From NCBI RefSeq assembly GCF_011386835.1, contig NC_088791.1, forward strand, positions 4,278,001-4,342,000: DNA of 64,000 nt, given 5' to 3'. The DNA comes from Chrysemys picta bellii. Lineage: Eukaryota. Below, one piece after another: positions 35,538 through 47,735 of this stretch. The translations under genes were made by a program, and so were the position numbers. The notes below the pieces were generated by a model. That model was given only the letters and a program-made list of their open reading frames with translations. It was not told the DNA's origin and did no database searches. Numbering within the stretch: the first letter of the stretch is position 1; every line of letters starts with the position of its first letter.

Positions 35538-36029
35538 CACGGGTGGCGGGTTGCATAGGTAGTGGGAGGTTTTCCCTCCCCAAACAGACAAGCGTTACCC
35601 GACCATCTTCCGCGACACTCCCTACGTACAGTTGCTGCTCCAGTTCTACCAGCTCCAAGTCCAGCCCCCCAGTGCTCTGAGGGCTGGGGCCGCTCCCCAC
35701 CCGCCTTCCCGTGCCCCAGGCCTGGGGAGGCTGGGGCCGCTTGCCACCCACGCTCCCGCGCTTCGTGGCTGGGACTGCGCGCTGCCCACCTTTCCTTACA
35801 CCTGCCTAGGCTGGCTGAGCCCGCACACTTCCACCCTCCTGGCACTCCTTTGGGTCTGGGGTGATAGCCTTGGAAGTGGATCGGTGGTGGCAGTGGTGGG
35901 GGGCAGCTCTCGGCTTGGGGGGGCAGAAATTGGCTCCTGCAGGGCCTCGGGTGGAAGTGGAGGGCCCTTGGTGGAAGGGGCGGGGCAAGGGGTAGCTTCT
36001 CCCAGTCAGAGGTTCACACATCACCCATG
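35538..36029. mobile_element. GC-rich hAT-like MITE copy (variant type)
   Basis: Flanks GTTTTGAG/GCTCTGAG. Confidence 0.55.
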
Positions 36030-37194
36030 GCTCTGAGCACCAGGGGGTGGAGATGCCGAGTATAGATAGAGAGAGGAACTCCCAATAGAGAGATGCACTC
36101 CCAATAAGGTTTCTCTAACCCGGGCTAGCTAAAGTGCATTCCTTCAATTGGAAGTTCATGGAACTGTTCCCTTTTACACTGGTTCAGAATCTACCCTTAC
36201 ACTTCAAAATATATATAATAGGGAGATGAAAGGTTTATGGAATGAAAATCAAAGAGCCCCAATGTCAAAGGCTAGGACTCACAAACTGAGCACTGGAATG
36301 ACATCTGTGACCTTGACATGCATTTTTAAAGTAAATCTAATCTTCTGTGTTGGAACATCTAATCCCAGTAATAAGTTATTACTACTTTAGTAATTCATCT
36401 TTTGGGCTACATAACACTTGGTGAGTGTTTGTGAAATGCTTTGAAATGCTTAGATAGGAGGAAGCCTCAGACAATCCACCCTGAAAGTTACAATTATATC
36501 TGTTTGCCACAGAGGTAAATGGAGGCACATTCAGGTGAAGGTCAGACAGGGAGCTATTGGCAGAGTCAGAAATATACCCCAATTTAATATTTAAAAACCA
36601 ACTGCAACCTTGGAAAATTGACAGATTGTAATTCCTTTGGAGAACTATTATGCTCAAGTATAAAAAAGCCACAGTTCAAGTAGATCACAAAATTAGCCAG
36701 ATTTTTATTCTTGACGATGAGATCCAAGGATGCAAAAAAATTTTAACCAGTGTTGTTACTAACCTTGTCTTGTAACAAAGTGTAACACGGATCACCCTAG
36801 ACCTCAGCCTGTGGTCGGAAGTATTGGGTTGTATTTCTCTTTCTGCAACTGACCCCCATATGACCTTCACCTCAACATGCCTCTTTTTTTAGGCCTATCA
36901 AACGTAAAGAGTACGGATGTTAAGGCTGGAAGTTCTTCAGTGTCCTTAGACCTCAAGATTTCAAAGCACTACAGAAACACTCGCTGGTGTTTGACACCTC
37001 CAAAGGTTGTAGTCAATACATTGTTGTGACGATTGGACGCCTCTGCACTGAGTCGTATAGTCACTTTCAACAAAATGGAGGCTAAGGTCTCTCGTGTCAT
37101 TCCCTTCATCGGGTCATGATTTAAGGCCACACAATTTGGGGCTATTTCATTTTCATTCATATGTAGTTTTGAATTTGGTATTTCCTAAAAACCG

Positions 37195-37388
37195 TGCAGG
37201 GTAGAATGGCCCAGTCCAGTTGCTAGCAGCTTCAAGGAGCTGACCGGTAAGCAGTGCCCTAGTTCTGAAGTGATGATCGGACCCTCACCGGTTCTTGTGA
37301 CCTTCCCAGAACCAATTCTCCACAATTTCCCTCCTCAGACCCAACTGGGACCATAGGAGCCCCTGTGGTTAGAGCCGGTTTTCGGGGT
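37195..37388 (+). pseudogene. CBP core-box fragment (psiA, arm A3)
   Basis: AAGCAGTGCCCTAGTTCTGAAGTGATGATCGGACCCTCACCGG... homologous to the CBP core; disrupted. Confidence 0.75.
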
Positions 37389-38599
37389 TTATTGGATTTT
37401 TGACAGATTTTTTTATTGGAAAATGAAGGTGCTCTCCTGGTGTACATCAGCTTGGTTGCTTCACCTTCAAAGAGGCAGAGGACCTTAAAATCAAAGCAAG
37501 ACCCTTCTGCCCTCTTCCCTGCATATGTAACCCACTCTTGGGGATATTTTTCACATGATATACAACATTCTGGTTCAGGCAGGAATGTTTTCTCCAGGAT
37601 GCCCTATGGCTGGTCAGACGTTATGTCAAATCTCCTCCCCCAGCCATCTCCTCCATCACCAAGAATGTCACATTTTCCTCTCTCCTGGGTTTCTTGCTGG
37701 GCTCAGTCAGCTGCATTGTCTTGCAAGATCTCAGTTCCTTGACTGCTCATGGATGGAGAGATGGTTTCTGGTAGAGCAGAGGTACCAAGACTTAACTTAA
37801 AATCTTTTTGAAAAAGAGCACGGCTTTCATTCTCTCTCTGCCATCCCTCCCCTCGACCTATGAGCAAATCCGCTCTAGGCAGCCCTTTGAGACAGCATTG
37901 GTGACCCAAGGGGAGGTCCAATGTTAGGTCAAGTTTTACTCGTCATAGATAAGATTCACCCCTGGGCACACGGCGATCACAAAGGCCCATGCTCCACTTA
38001 AGTCCCTGCTAAGACCGAGTTTGAAAGTTTAAAATGGGACTAACATTGTTCACAGGTATTGTAGTATCCCCCTGCCAAAGGGTGAATTTCAGTCTTCAAG
38101 TCTTGACAGGAAACATACTGGATGATTCCCATTGATTTCAAAGGGAATTGGATCTGACCTGCTGGGAATGTAGGTGGTTAGAATGGAGAAAAATGATTCC
38201 CTGCTTCCTACCATGTTTAGAATGAACTGCCTCATGCCCCTAATCAGGAACAGCACGAATTGAAAGGACCAAACTGGATTCCTTAAATGACACCCACCTG
38301 TTCTACTGATGCTTCTCAGGATCACCTTGACATTCATTCTCATTGCAGAACCTATAAAGTCAGTAAAATGACAAAAAGAAATGCAGTTGGCCTGTACAAT
38401 TTTAAGATGAAAGAGAGCTGAAAATTGCAACGTGCATGTCACACCCTCTGAGGCTGAGATTAGCCCAGTAATCACCAACAGTGAGGAAAACAGCTCCATC
38501 CAAAGAAGGATTTAGCAAGGCAATCAAGTTTGTTTGGTCACTAATTAGGACCTCCTCCACAAACAGCGTCGCAGATCCTCCAGGCTGTCCTAGGAACTG

Positions 38600-38673
38600 T
38601 ATAAAAGTGCTCTCGACTCTGCACTCTTCTAAACACTTCTGTGGACTTCATCTCCTTAGTGAACTCGGTAAGT
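38600..38673 (+). promoter_or_regulatory. CBP3 TATA box, non-coding exon 1 and donor
   Basis: TATAAAA 38600-38606; exon ends 38667; GTAAGT donor; intron 38668-39828 (1161 bp). Confidence 0.85.
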
Positions 38674-38794
38674 CCAATTCAACTCCCTCTCTTTCTAACC
38701 CCAGAGATTTCACAGTCGGGCCTCTTTTCATTTCAGGTGGAATCTTGCATATACTCGCTGTAATTTTTATTTATTTATTAATTACATTTATGCT

Positions 38795-38821
<27 letters not shown>
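38795..38821. repeat. (TA)n microsatellite in CBP3 intron
   Basis: Direct reading. Confidence 0.9.
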
Positions 38822-38826
<5 letters not shown>

Positions 38827-39849
38827 TAGATATATCAATTTAAAATATTAATTATAAAATTATTTTTATTTTATTATTTATTTATTTGTATCTATAGTGT
38901 GTCATTATTAAGTTACAGGACCTGGCAGATTTATAATTTGAAGCTAAATGAGGGATTTTAAGAACAACATATACAATTGTGAAACGTATTTCCCATTAAC
39001 TAGAGAAAGAATCAGGGCATTTAAACTTTAAAAAGTCCCTTAGCCACCTCTCACTTAGCTGGATTAGGAAGAACCTTTCCCAGGTTAGTCCACAAAGGGC
39101 CACTTCAGTGCTCATCTATTTTACTCTAAAGCAGCTGTTACTCCTCACTATTGGAGACACGAGAATGGATGAAGCTGAGACGCGCTGTGCCCTAGTCAAG
39201 CAATTCCTATGTTCTCCTGAGCAGAAATACCCATTGAAGGTGCTTCTCCTCCAATGGTGTAATTTCATGTTGCTCTATGGAAGTCAGTGAACCTGAACCC
39301 ATTTTTTCCCAGCTGAGGAGTTTGGCTTTAGTGATTTGTTAGGAGAAAAGCAAAGTTTCTGTTTATTCATCAGCAAGTTTCAGTGACTCCCAAGGTTTGG
39401 AAAATGAAAGAGTCACAGCGTGGTAGCAGACTCAACTGGTTTGCATGCAGAGGTTAAATCCTCAAACAAAAGGAAGTGATTACCATGATCCCAGCCATAT
39501 TCTCTTTGAGAAATGTCTAAAATGGTCCCAGAATCCCAGGTGTCCGTATGGAAATAGTTACACTTATTCTAGTCGGTGTTTTTCAGACAAAGTCATTGAG
39601 AGGGGATCAAGGGGCCAGTTGGGAGGGAAGTTTACTGCGAGCGGAGAAGAGGTGTAGAAAGAGAAAATAGTGACAACTACATGACCACACAAAAAGAGAC
39701 TAAGTCCACTTCTTCTCTCTCTCTCGAGCCCCCTACAGAACTCAATACAATTGTAACCGAGCTTTGAAGCCTTTCTTCCACCAGTCCTTGTACCTTGTCT
39801 TATCTGTAGTCCCTGTTGTGTGTTTCAGGTTTACCTCCATCCCAGAAAG

Positions 39850-40398
39850 ATGACTTTCTCCAGCCTGTGCTATCCAGAATGCGGGGTGGCCCGACCCAGT
39901 CCAGTCACTGGCAGCGCCAACGAGCCGTGCGTTAGGCAGTGCCCTGACTCCGAAGTGGTGATCAGACCCTCACCGGTTGTCGTGACCCTCCCCGGACCAA
40001 TTCTCAGCAATTTCCCTCAACAGAGCGAAGTGGCAGCTGTAGGAGCACCTGTGGTCGGAGCCGGTTTCGGAGGCTCCTATGGTTTGGGGGGATTGTACGG
40101 CTATGGAGGCCATTACGGAGGATTGTATGGTTTAGGGAGATTAGGTGGTTACGGCGGCCGTTACGGTTATGGGGGATTATTGGGCAATGGGGGATACTAT
40201 GGTTACCCAGGTCTTTATGGTTATGGGGGATTATGGGGAAATGGGGGACACTGCGGTTACCCGGGCCTTTACGGTTATGGGGGATTATGGGGATATGGGG
40301 GACACTGTGGCTACCCGGGCCTTTATGGTTATGGGGGATTAAGTGGTTCCGGGGTATCCTGCCATAGGTACCTCAGTGGAAGCAGTGGGCCATGTTAA
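39850..40398 (+). CDS. Corneous beta-protein CBP3, 182 aa
   Basis: Intact ORF from ATG 39850; core box and Gly/Tyr tail; acceptor AG 39827-39828. Confidence 0.95.
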   Translation: MTFSSLCYPECGVARPSPVTGSANEPCVRQCPDSEVVIRPSPVVVTLPGPILSNFPQQSEVAAVGAPVVGAGFGGSYGLGGLYGYGGHYGGLYGLGRLGGYGGRYGYGGLLGNGGYYGYPGLYGYGGLWGNGGHCGYPGLYGYGGLWGYGGHCGYPGLYGYGGLSGSGVSCHRYLSGSSGPC

Positions 40399-41110
40399 AC
40401 TCACCAGGAATATTCATGGAAGAAGGAAGAACCAGGAAATGAACAGCAAGATACAGATTCACCCCTGATCTTTTGGGCATGGCTTTCAGAAGTGCTGTGC
40501 AAACATGGCTCCAGTTGAACTTGGTGGGAGCTGTGTGTGCGCAGCACCTTGGTCTGATAGCCATGCTGCATTTCTACTGTTACGCTTTATGACTCTTTCT
40601 GCCAAGGCTTTCCCAACCAAGTGCTGATTCTCTTTTTCTCTTGAGGACTCATTCTGAACTACACACAGGCTGTTTACATTGACCCTGCAGTGTGAAGGAA
40701 ACAGAGGCCTTAAGATACGCATCATTTACATTCATGATCACTCTAAGTCCCTCTCAAGGAGAATTAGGCCCTACATGTTCTATCCTTTCTATCAATACGT
40801 ACCTTTAGCAACTCACTTTAACCTTTGCTAATTCACATGTCTAATGGAGAAGTTGTGTAGTCTCTGCTTCTATATTCCTTTGTCTCATTTCACACCTGAC
40901 TGGGGTTAAAAAAATAGAACTTAAATGGTTTCAAAAGGGGACTTGTTTGTCAACCTCTGGAGCTGCAACAAAGCACAAAGAACATCTTTTGTGAAATACA
41001 TCCCCTTGACGCAGGTGATGGGTCAGAGCCCTTCTTGAAACACTGGAAATACATTTTTTTCCGCTTTGTAGTATTTCTTCCTGCAACTGTGTACTGCCAA
41101 TTTCATTTGC

Positions 41111-41116
41111 ATTAAA
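41111..41116 (+). terminator. Probable poly(A) signal of CBP3 (ATTAAA)
   Basis: Same context as 8978-8983. Confidence 0.6.
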
Positions 41117-41565
41117 AACTCTGCTGCATCAAAATATCAGACTTCTGGTTCTCTTTGTTTCTTTGTCCTTTTTTAAAAATTGCACTGGACGAAATTCCTC
41201 CCTGTGGAGCCAGCAGCACCAGGAACTTTTCAAGTTGCACCTTCCAAAGCCCTGCTGTGATAGGATAATCCGGCTCTTACATTGGGTGACAGCATTCCGC
41301 AGGCCCGGAGTACCCAGGTGGAATTCCTCCTTGCATTACATGGTTTAGCAAATAGTCTTTCCCTGTAAAGACGAGAGAGATTTTCATTTTAAGAATGTAC
41401 GTTTTTCTTTGGTTTCAAGAAGACCAATCACATGGTTCACAGTAAGCATCTGTGGGAGACTTTAAGTGACCAGGTTGACGTAAGGAAAAGAAAAGTGGCC
41501 ACCATGTACCTTATGTTTACTGCCGTACCTGCTGTGTGTTTTAGGTTTATCTCCATGGCAGAAAG

Positions 41566-41968
41566 ATGTCTTGCTTCACAAACGTGTGGAGCGACATTTC
41601 ACAAAGCATGCACAACAGCTGCCACAAGCCAGACGTAAGGCAGTGCCCTGACTCTATAGCACTGATCCAACCCCCACCGGCTGTCATGACCTTCCCAGGA
41701 GCAATTCTCAGATCTTTCCCTCGGGAAAACAGAGTGGAATCCTGGGGTGCCATTGACGTTGGCGGTGGTGATAGAGGTTTATCAAGTTATGGAGGATTAC
41801 ACTGTAACCGATGACCCAGTGATTATGGGAGATTATACGCTTATGGGGGCCAATATGGGCAGGAGGACCTCTGTGGTTAAAGGGGCCATATGGTCGTTGG
41901 AGAAAATAGGGTTGGGGGGATTCTGGTGGGGTCATCGGTACCTTAATGGAACCTGTGGGCCATGCTAA
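41566..41968 (+). pseudogene. Decayed CBP paralogue (psiB, arm A3); 82-aa truncated ORF
   Basis: Copy of 9433-9836; ORF 41566-41814; terminal GHRYLNGTCGPC* at 41968 in a shifted frame. Confidence 0.85.
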
Positions 41969-44281
41969 ATCGAGCAGGCATATGCATGGGAACAAGAGGA
42001 AATGAACGGCAAGATACAGATTCACGTCTGATCACACAGGCCTGGCTTTGAGAAGTGTTGACTACACCCAACTCAGTGTGAAATAATGAGAGAGCTGCAT
42101 TTCATCACCACCTCTGCAAACATTCCCAATGTTTCCCATGTTACCCTATATGGGTATCCTCGAATGCCTTCCTAGCTATGGGCTTCCTCTATTATAAACC
42201 TAGTGGGCCTAATTCTCAACTACACGATGGATTTTACACCACGCTCTAAACTGCAAATGAAGCAGAAGACATAATGTGTACGTTACCTACATCTACCCTG
42301 ACTGGAATGCATCTTTCTCATACTAGAGCACTGTCAAAAGGATTTAGTGTCAATGAGAATTAGGCTAAGTGATTTCCTAGCCATGAATATGGACTGTTTC
42401 TCTCTGCCTTTTATCTTTCTAACAGCAGCTTCATAACGGAGAAGCTCTTTGAACCTCTGCTTTTATTGTGTCTTGTTTTAGTAGAGACTGACCAGGGTGA
42501 GACAAGCAAAAAAAAAAAGAATAGTGGCAAACTATACAACTGCTATAAAGAAGTAAGAGAACTCTGTGAGAAATACATCACATTGGAGCTGGGGATAGGA
42601 TATGGCCCTTCATGAAACCGTGGAGATGTAGTCTTGCTCCTCTACTTCTTTTTCCTTTTTTTTTTTTTTGGACAGTTTTCAATCCACTTTATTTCTAATT
42701 CAAATATATACTACCTTATACTATTGGTTTTCTGGTTTAATTGCTCTTCCATTCATTATCTCTTTATATCACCAGAGGCTTCCACATCTCTTGGCCAAAG
42801 TGTCCTCCAGCTTTGGATACTCCCAGTGGTGGTGCACAAGTCAGGAAAGTTTGTGGTCTATTATCAAGAAATGTTGAGCACGAACAGCTCCGGTTTGCTT
42901 CAGTGGGAGTGTAACAGGGTGCAGCTTCTGCCCCCACAAACCAGTCAGAGATCTCTGCGTTGGTGCAAACACCCATGTTCTTTATTCACAGTTTACTTTC
43001 CCTCCACCTTGTAGCTACAAACAGCTTCAATCTTACAGCCTCAGGGACTGCTAGCTCCCGAGGCCAGCAGTGAAGAGCTCCCACTGCCTCTCGTCTCTCG
43101 CTCTTCCCTTTTTCTTACTTCCCTGGCTTCCTTCCTGCCAGCCATTATGTAGCCCCTGGCTAACGAGGCTGTCCGTTGTTTCCTGTTTGCCACTCAGGGT
43201 ATATCTACACTACGAAATTAGTTCGAATGTATAGAAGCCGGTTTTATAGAAATCGGTTGTATACAGCCGATTGTGTGTGTCCCCACATAAAATGCTCTAA
43301 GTGCTCTAGTCGGCGGACCGCCTCCACAGCACCGAGGCTAGCGTCGACTTCCGGAGCATTGCACTGTGGGTAGCTATCCCACAGCTATCCCACAGTTCCC
43401 GCAGTCTCCGCCGCCCATTGAAATTCTGGGTTGAGATCCCAATGCCCGGATGATGCAAAACAGTGTCACGGGAGGTTCTGGGTACATGTCGTCAGGCTCC
43501 TCCCCCTCTGTCAGAGCAACGGCAGACAATAGATTCTCGCCTTTTTACCTGGGTTACCTGTGCAGACAACATACCACGGCAAACATGGAGCCCGCTCAGC
43601 TCACCGTCACCATATGTCATCTGGAGGCCGGCAGACATGGGACTGCATTGCTACACAGCAGCAGCTGCTAACTGCCTTTTGGCGGTAGACGGTGCAGCAT
43701 GACTGGTAGTCTTCATCGGTGATCTGGGTGCTGGCAGCTGTGGGGCTGGCAGCCGTAGGGCTGCATTGCACCAGCCCCTTGCCTTTTGCCTTTTGGCAGT
43801 AGATGGTGTATTACGACTGGTAACCGTCCTATTACAAGTTGGATCATCGCACATTAGCAGAGTTTTCCCTGAGCAGCAGATCGTGCAATAGGCCTGAAGG
43901 CCATCGTAGTACACTAACTGCCAAGCGCCCAGTATTTGCTGCCAAGCACCCAGAAGCTGCCGAGGGCTATCAGTCATGCTTCACCGTAGTCTTAAGATGT
44001 AAAAAATAGATTTGTTCTGTATTCATTTGCTTCCCCCTCCCTCCGTCAAATCAACGGCCTGCTAAACCCAGGGTTTTCAGTTTAATCTTTGGGGGGACCA
44101 TTCTGTGTGACAGTTGTTTGTGTTTCTCCCTGATGCACAGCCACCTTTCTTGATTTTAATTCCCTGTACCTGTACGTCATGTCGTCACTCGGCCCGCCCT
44201 CCCTTCCTCCTTCCCCTGGTCCGTCAGATACTAGTTTCGCGCCTTTTTTTCAGACCAGAGGCCATAGCTAGCACTGGGATC

Positions 44282-45550
44282 ATGGAGCCCGCTCAGATCA
44301 CCGCGGCAATTATGAGCACTATGAACACCACGCGCATTGTCCTGGAGTATATGCAGAGCCAGGACATGCCAAGGCGAAACCCGGACCAGCCGAGGAGGCG
44401 ATTACAGCGCGGCGAAGAGAGTGATGAGGAAATTGACATGGACATAGACCTCTCACAAGGCACAGGCCCCAGCAATGTGGAAATCATGGTGTCACTGGGG
44501 CAGGTTCATGGCGTGGAACGCCGATTCTGGGCCCGGGAAACAAGCACAGACTGGTGGGACCGCATCGTGCTGCAGGTGTGGGACGATTCCCAGTGGCTGC
44601 GAAACTTTCGCATGCGTAAGGGCACTTTCATGGAACTTTGTGACTTGCTTTCCCCTGCCCTGAAGCGCCAGAATACCAGGATGAGAGCAGCCCTCACAGT
44701 TGAGAAGCGAGTGGCGATAGCCCTGTGGAAGCTTTCAACGCCAGACAGCTACCGGTCAGTCAGGAATCAATTTGGAGTGGGCAAATCTACTGTGGGGGCT
44801 GCTGTGATCGAAGTTGCCAGGGCAATGAAAGACCTGGTGATATCAAGGGTAGTAACTCTGGGCAACGTGCAGGCAATAGTGGATGGTTTTGCTGAGATGG
44901 GATTCCCAAACTGTGGTGGGGCCATAGACGGAACCCATATCCCTATCTTGGCACCGGAGCACCAAGCCACCGAGTACATAAACCGCAAGGGGTACTTTTC
45001 AATGCTGCTGCAAGCCCTGGTGGATCACAAGGGACGTTTCACCAACATCAACGTGGGATGTCCGGGAAAGGTACATGATGCTCGCGTCTTCAGGCACTCT
45101 GGTCTGTTTCGAAAGCTGGAGGAAGGGACTTTCTTCCCGGACCAGAAAGTAACCGTTGGGGATGTTGAAATGCCTATCGTGATCCTTGGGGACCCAGCCT
45201 ACCCCTTAATGCCATGGCTCATGAAGCCGTACACAGGCAGCCTGGACAGGAGTCAGGACCTGTTCAACTACAGGCTGAGCAAGTGCCGAATGGTGGTGGA
45301 ATGTGCATTTGGACGTTTAAAAGCGCGCTGGAGCAGCTTACTGACTCGCTCAGACCTCAGCGAAAAGAATATCCCCATTGTTATTGCTGCTTGCTGTGCG
45401 CTCCACAATATCTGTGAGAGTAAGGGGGAGACCTTTATGGCGGGGTGGGAGGTTGAGGCAACTCGCCTGGCTGCTGATTACGCGCAGCCAGACACCAGGG
45501 CGGTTAGAGGAGCACAGCAGGGCGCGGTGCGCATCAGAGAAGTTTTGTGA
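44282..45550 (+). CDS. Harbinger DDE transposase, 422 aa, copy 2
   Basis: DDE motifs intact; 12 aa differences from copy 1 (counted from the supplied translations). Confidence 0.85.
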   Translation: MEPAQITAAIMSTMNTTRIVLEYMQSQDMPRRNPDQPRRRLQRGEESDEEIDMDIDLSQGTGPSNVEIMVSLGQVHGVERRFWARETSTDWWDRIVLQVWDDSQWLRNFRMRKGTFMELCDLLSPALKRQNTRMRAALTVEKRVAIALWKLSTPDSYRSVRNQFGVGKSTVGAAVIEVARAMKDLVISRVVTLGNVQAIVDGFAEMGFPNCGGAIDGTHIPILAPEHQATEYINRKGYFSMLLQALVDHKGRFTNINVGCPGKVHDARVFRHSGLFRKLEEGTFFPDQKVTVGDVEMPIVILGDPAYPLMPWLMKPYTGSLDRSQDLFNYRLSKCRMVVECAFGRLKARWSSLLTRSDLSEKNIPIVIAACCALHNICESKGETFMAGWEVEATRLAADYAQPDTRAVRGAQQGAVRIREVL

Positions 45551-45822
45551 CTGGCCAGGCTACGGTGTGAAACTTCTGTTTGTTTCTCCTTGATGAACCC
45601 TCCGCCCCCCCCCACCCGGTTCACTCTACTTCCCTGTAAACCAACCACCCCCACCCTCCCCTCCCCACTTCGAGCACCGCTTGCAGAGGCAATAAAGTCA
45701 TTGTTATTTCACATTCATGCATTCTTTATTAATTCCTCACACAAGTAGGGGGATAATTGCCAAGGTAGCCTGGGATGGGTGGGGGAGGAGGGATGGAAAA
45801 GGACACACTGCATTTTAAAACT

Positions 45823-47735
45823 TTAACTCTTATTGAAGGCCAGCCTTCTGATACTTAGGCAATTGTCTGGGGTGGAGTGACTGGGTGGCCGGAGGCCCCC
45901 CCACCGTGTTCTTGGGCGTCTGGGTGAGGAGGCTATGGAACTTGGGGAGGAGGGCTGTTGGTTACACAGGGGCTGTAGCGGCGGTCTCTGCTCCTGCTGC
46001 CTTTCCTGCAGCTCAACCATACGCTGGAGCATATCAGTTTGATGCTCCAGCAGACGGAGCATTGACTCTTGCCGTCTGTCTGCAAGCTGACGCCACCTAT
46101 CATCTTCAGCCCGCCACTTGCTCTTTTCAGCCCGCCATTCATCCCGCCAGCTCTCCTCTCGTTCATATTGTGCTTTTCTCATGTCTGAGATTGACTGCCT
46201 CCACGCATTCTGCTGTGCTCTATCAGCGTGGGAGGACATCTGGAGCTCCGTGAACATATCATCCCGCGTCCTCCGTTTTCTCTTTCTAATGTTCACTAGC
46301 CTCTGCGAAGGAGAAACATTTGCAGCTGGTGGAGGACAAGAGAGAGGTGGTTAAAAAAGACACATTTTAGAGAACATTGGGTACACTCTTTCGTTACAAG
46401 GACTCATTTTTCCTCTGCCTGCCGGTTTGGTATGAGAGATCACTCACGCAGTGCCAGGCAACAGATTTCGACTTGCAGGCAGCCATGGTAATCCACAGTC
46501 TTTTGGCTTTTTTAACCTTCTTAACATGTGGGAATGGTTTCAAACAGCAGCGCATTTCCCATATCAAGGATGAATTGGGTTGGCCATTTAAAATGTGTTT
46601 TCAATGTAAAAGGAGGGGCTGCGGTTTCAGGGTTAACATGCAGCACAAACCCAAGTAAACCCCCCCCCCCCACACACGATTCTCTGGGATGATCACTTCA
46701 CCCCTCCCCCCACCGCGTGGTTAACAGCGGGGAACATTTCTGTTCAGAAGAGCAGGAACGGGCACCTCTGAACGTCCCCTTAATAAAATCATCCTATTTC
46801 AACTAGGTGACCGTGAATGATATCACTCTCCTGAGGATAACAAAGAGAGATAAGGAATGGATGTTGTCTGCATGCCAGCAAACACCGGGACCATACGCTG
46901 CCATGCTTTGTTATGCAATGATTCCAGACTACGTGCTACTGGCCTGGCGTGATAAAGTGTCCTACCATGGCGGACTGGATAAGGCAGCCCTCCCCAGAAA
47001 CCTTTTGCAAAGGCTTTGGGCGTACATGAAGGAGAGCTTTCTGGAGATGTCCCTGGAGGATTTCCGCTCCATCCCCATACACGTTAACAGACGTTTCCAG
47101 TAGCTGTACTGGCCGCGATTGCCAGGGCAAATTAATCATTAATCATTAAACACGCTTGCTTTTAAACCATGTGTAATATTTACAAAGCTACACTCACCAG
47201 AGGTCTCCTGTGTGCCCTCAGGGTCTTGGGTGAGTTCGGGGGTTACTGGTTCCAGGTCCAGGGTGACAAACATATCCTGGTTGTTGGGGAAACCGGTTTC
47301 TCCGCTTCCTTGCTGCTGTGAGCTACCTACATTACCTCCATCCTCATCTTCCTCGTTCCCCGAACCCTCTTCCCTGTGTGTTTCTCCATTGACGGAGTCA
47401 AAGCACACGGTTGGGGTAGTGGTGGCTACACCCTCTAGAATGGCATGCAGCTCCGCGTAGAAGCGGCAAGTTTGTGGCTCTGCCCCGGACCTTCCATTTG
47501 CTTCTCTGGCTTTGTGGTAGGCTTGCCGTAGCTCCTTAATTTTCACGTGGCACTGCTGTGCGTCCCTGTTATGGCCTCTGTCCTTTATGGCCTTTGAGAC
47601 CTTTTCTAATATTTTGCCATTTCTTTTACTGCTACGGAGTTCAGCTAGCACTGATTCATCTCCCCATATGGCGAGCAGATCCCGTACCTCCCGTTCGGTC
47701 CATGCTGGAGCTCTTTTGCGATCCTGGGACTCCAT
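45823..47735 (-). CDS. Harbinger Myb/SANT-like protein, copy 2; exons 47735-47198 and 46325-45823; ~346 aa, ATG intact
   Basis: ATG GAG TCC CAG at 47735; in-phase GT/AG junction; no stops. Confidence 0.8.
46485..47103 (+). CDS. Candidate nested third Harbinger gene, copy 2
   Basis: GCAGCCATG|GTAATC at 46485-46493; acceptor AG 46805-46806; ORF 46807-47103 differs from copy 1 at one position found by eye (E>A). Confidence 0.4.
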
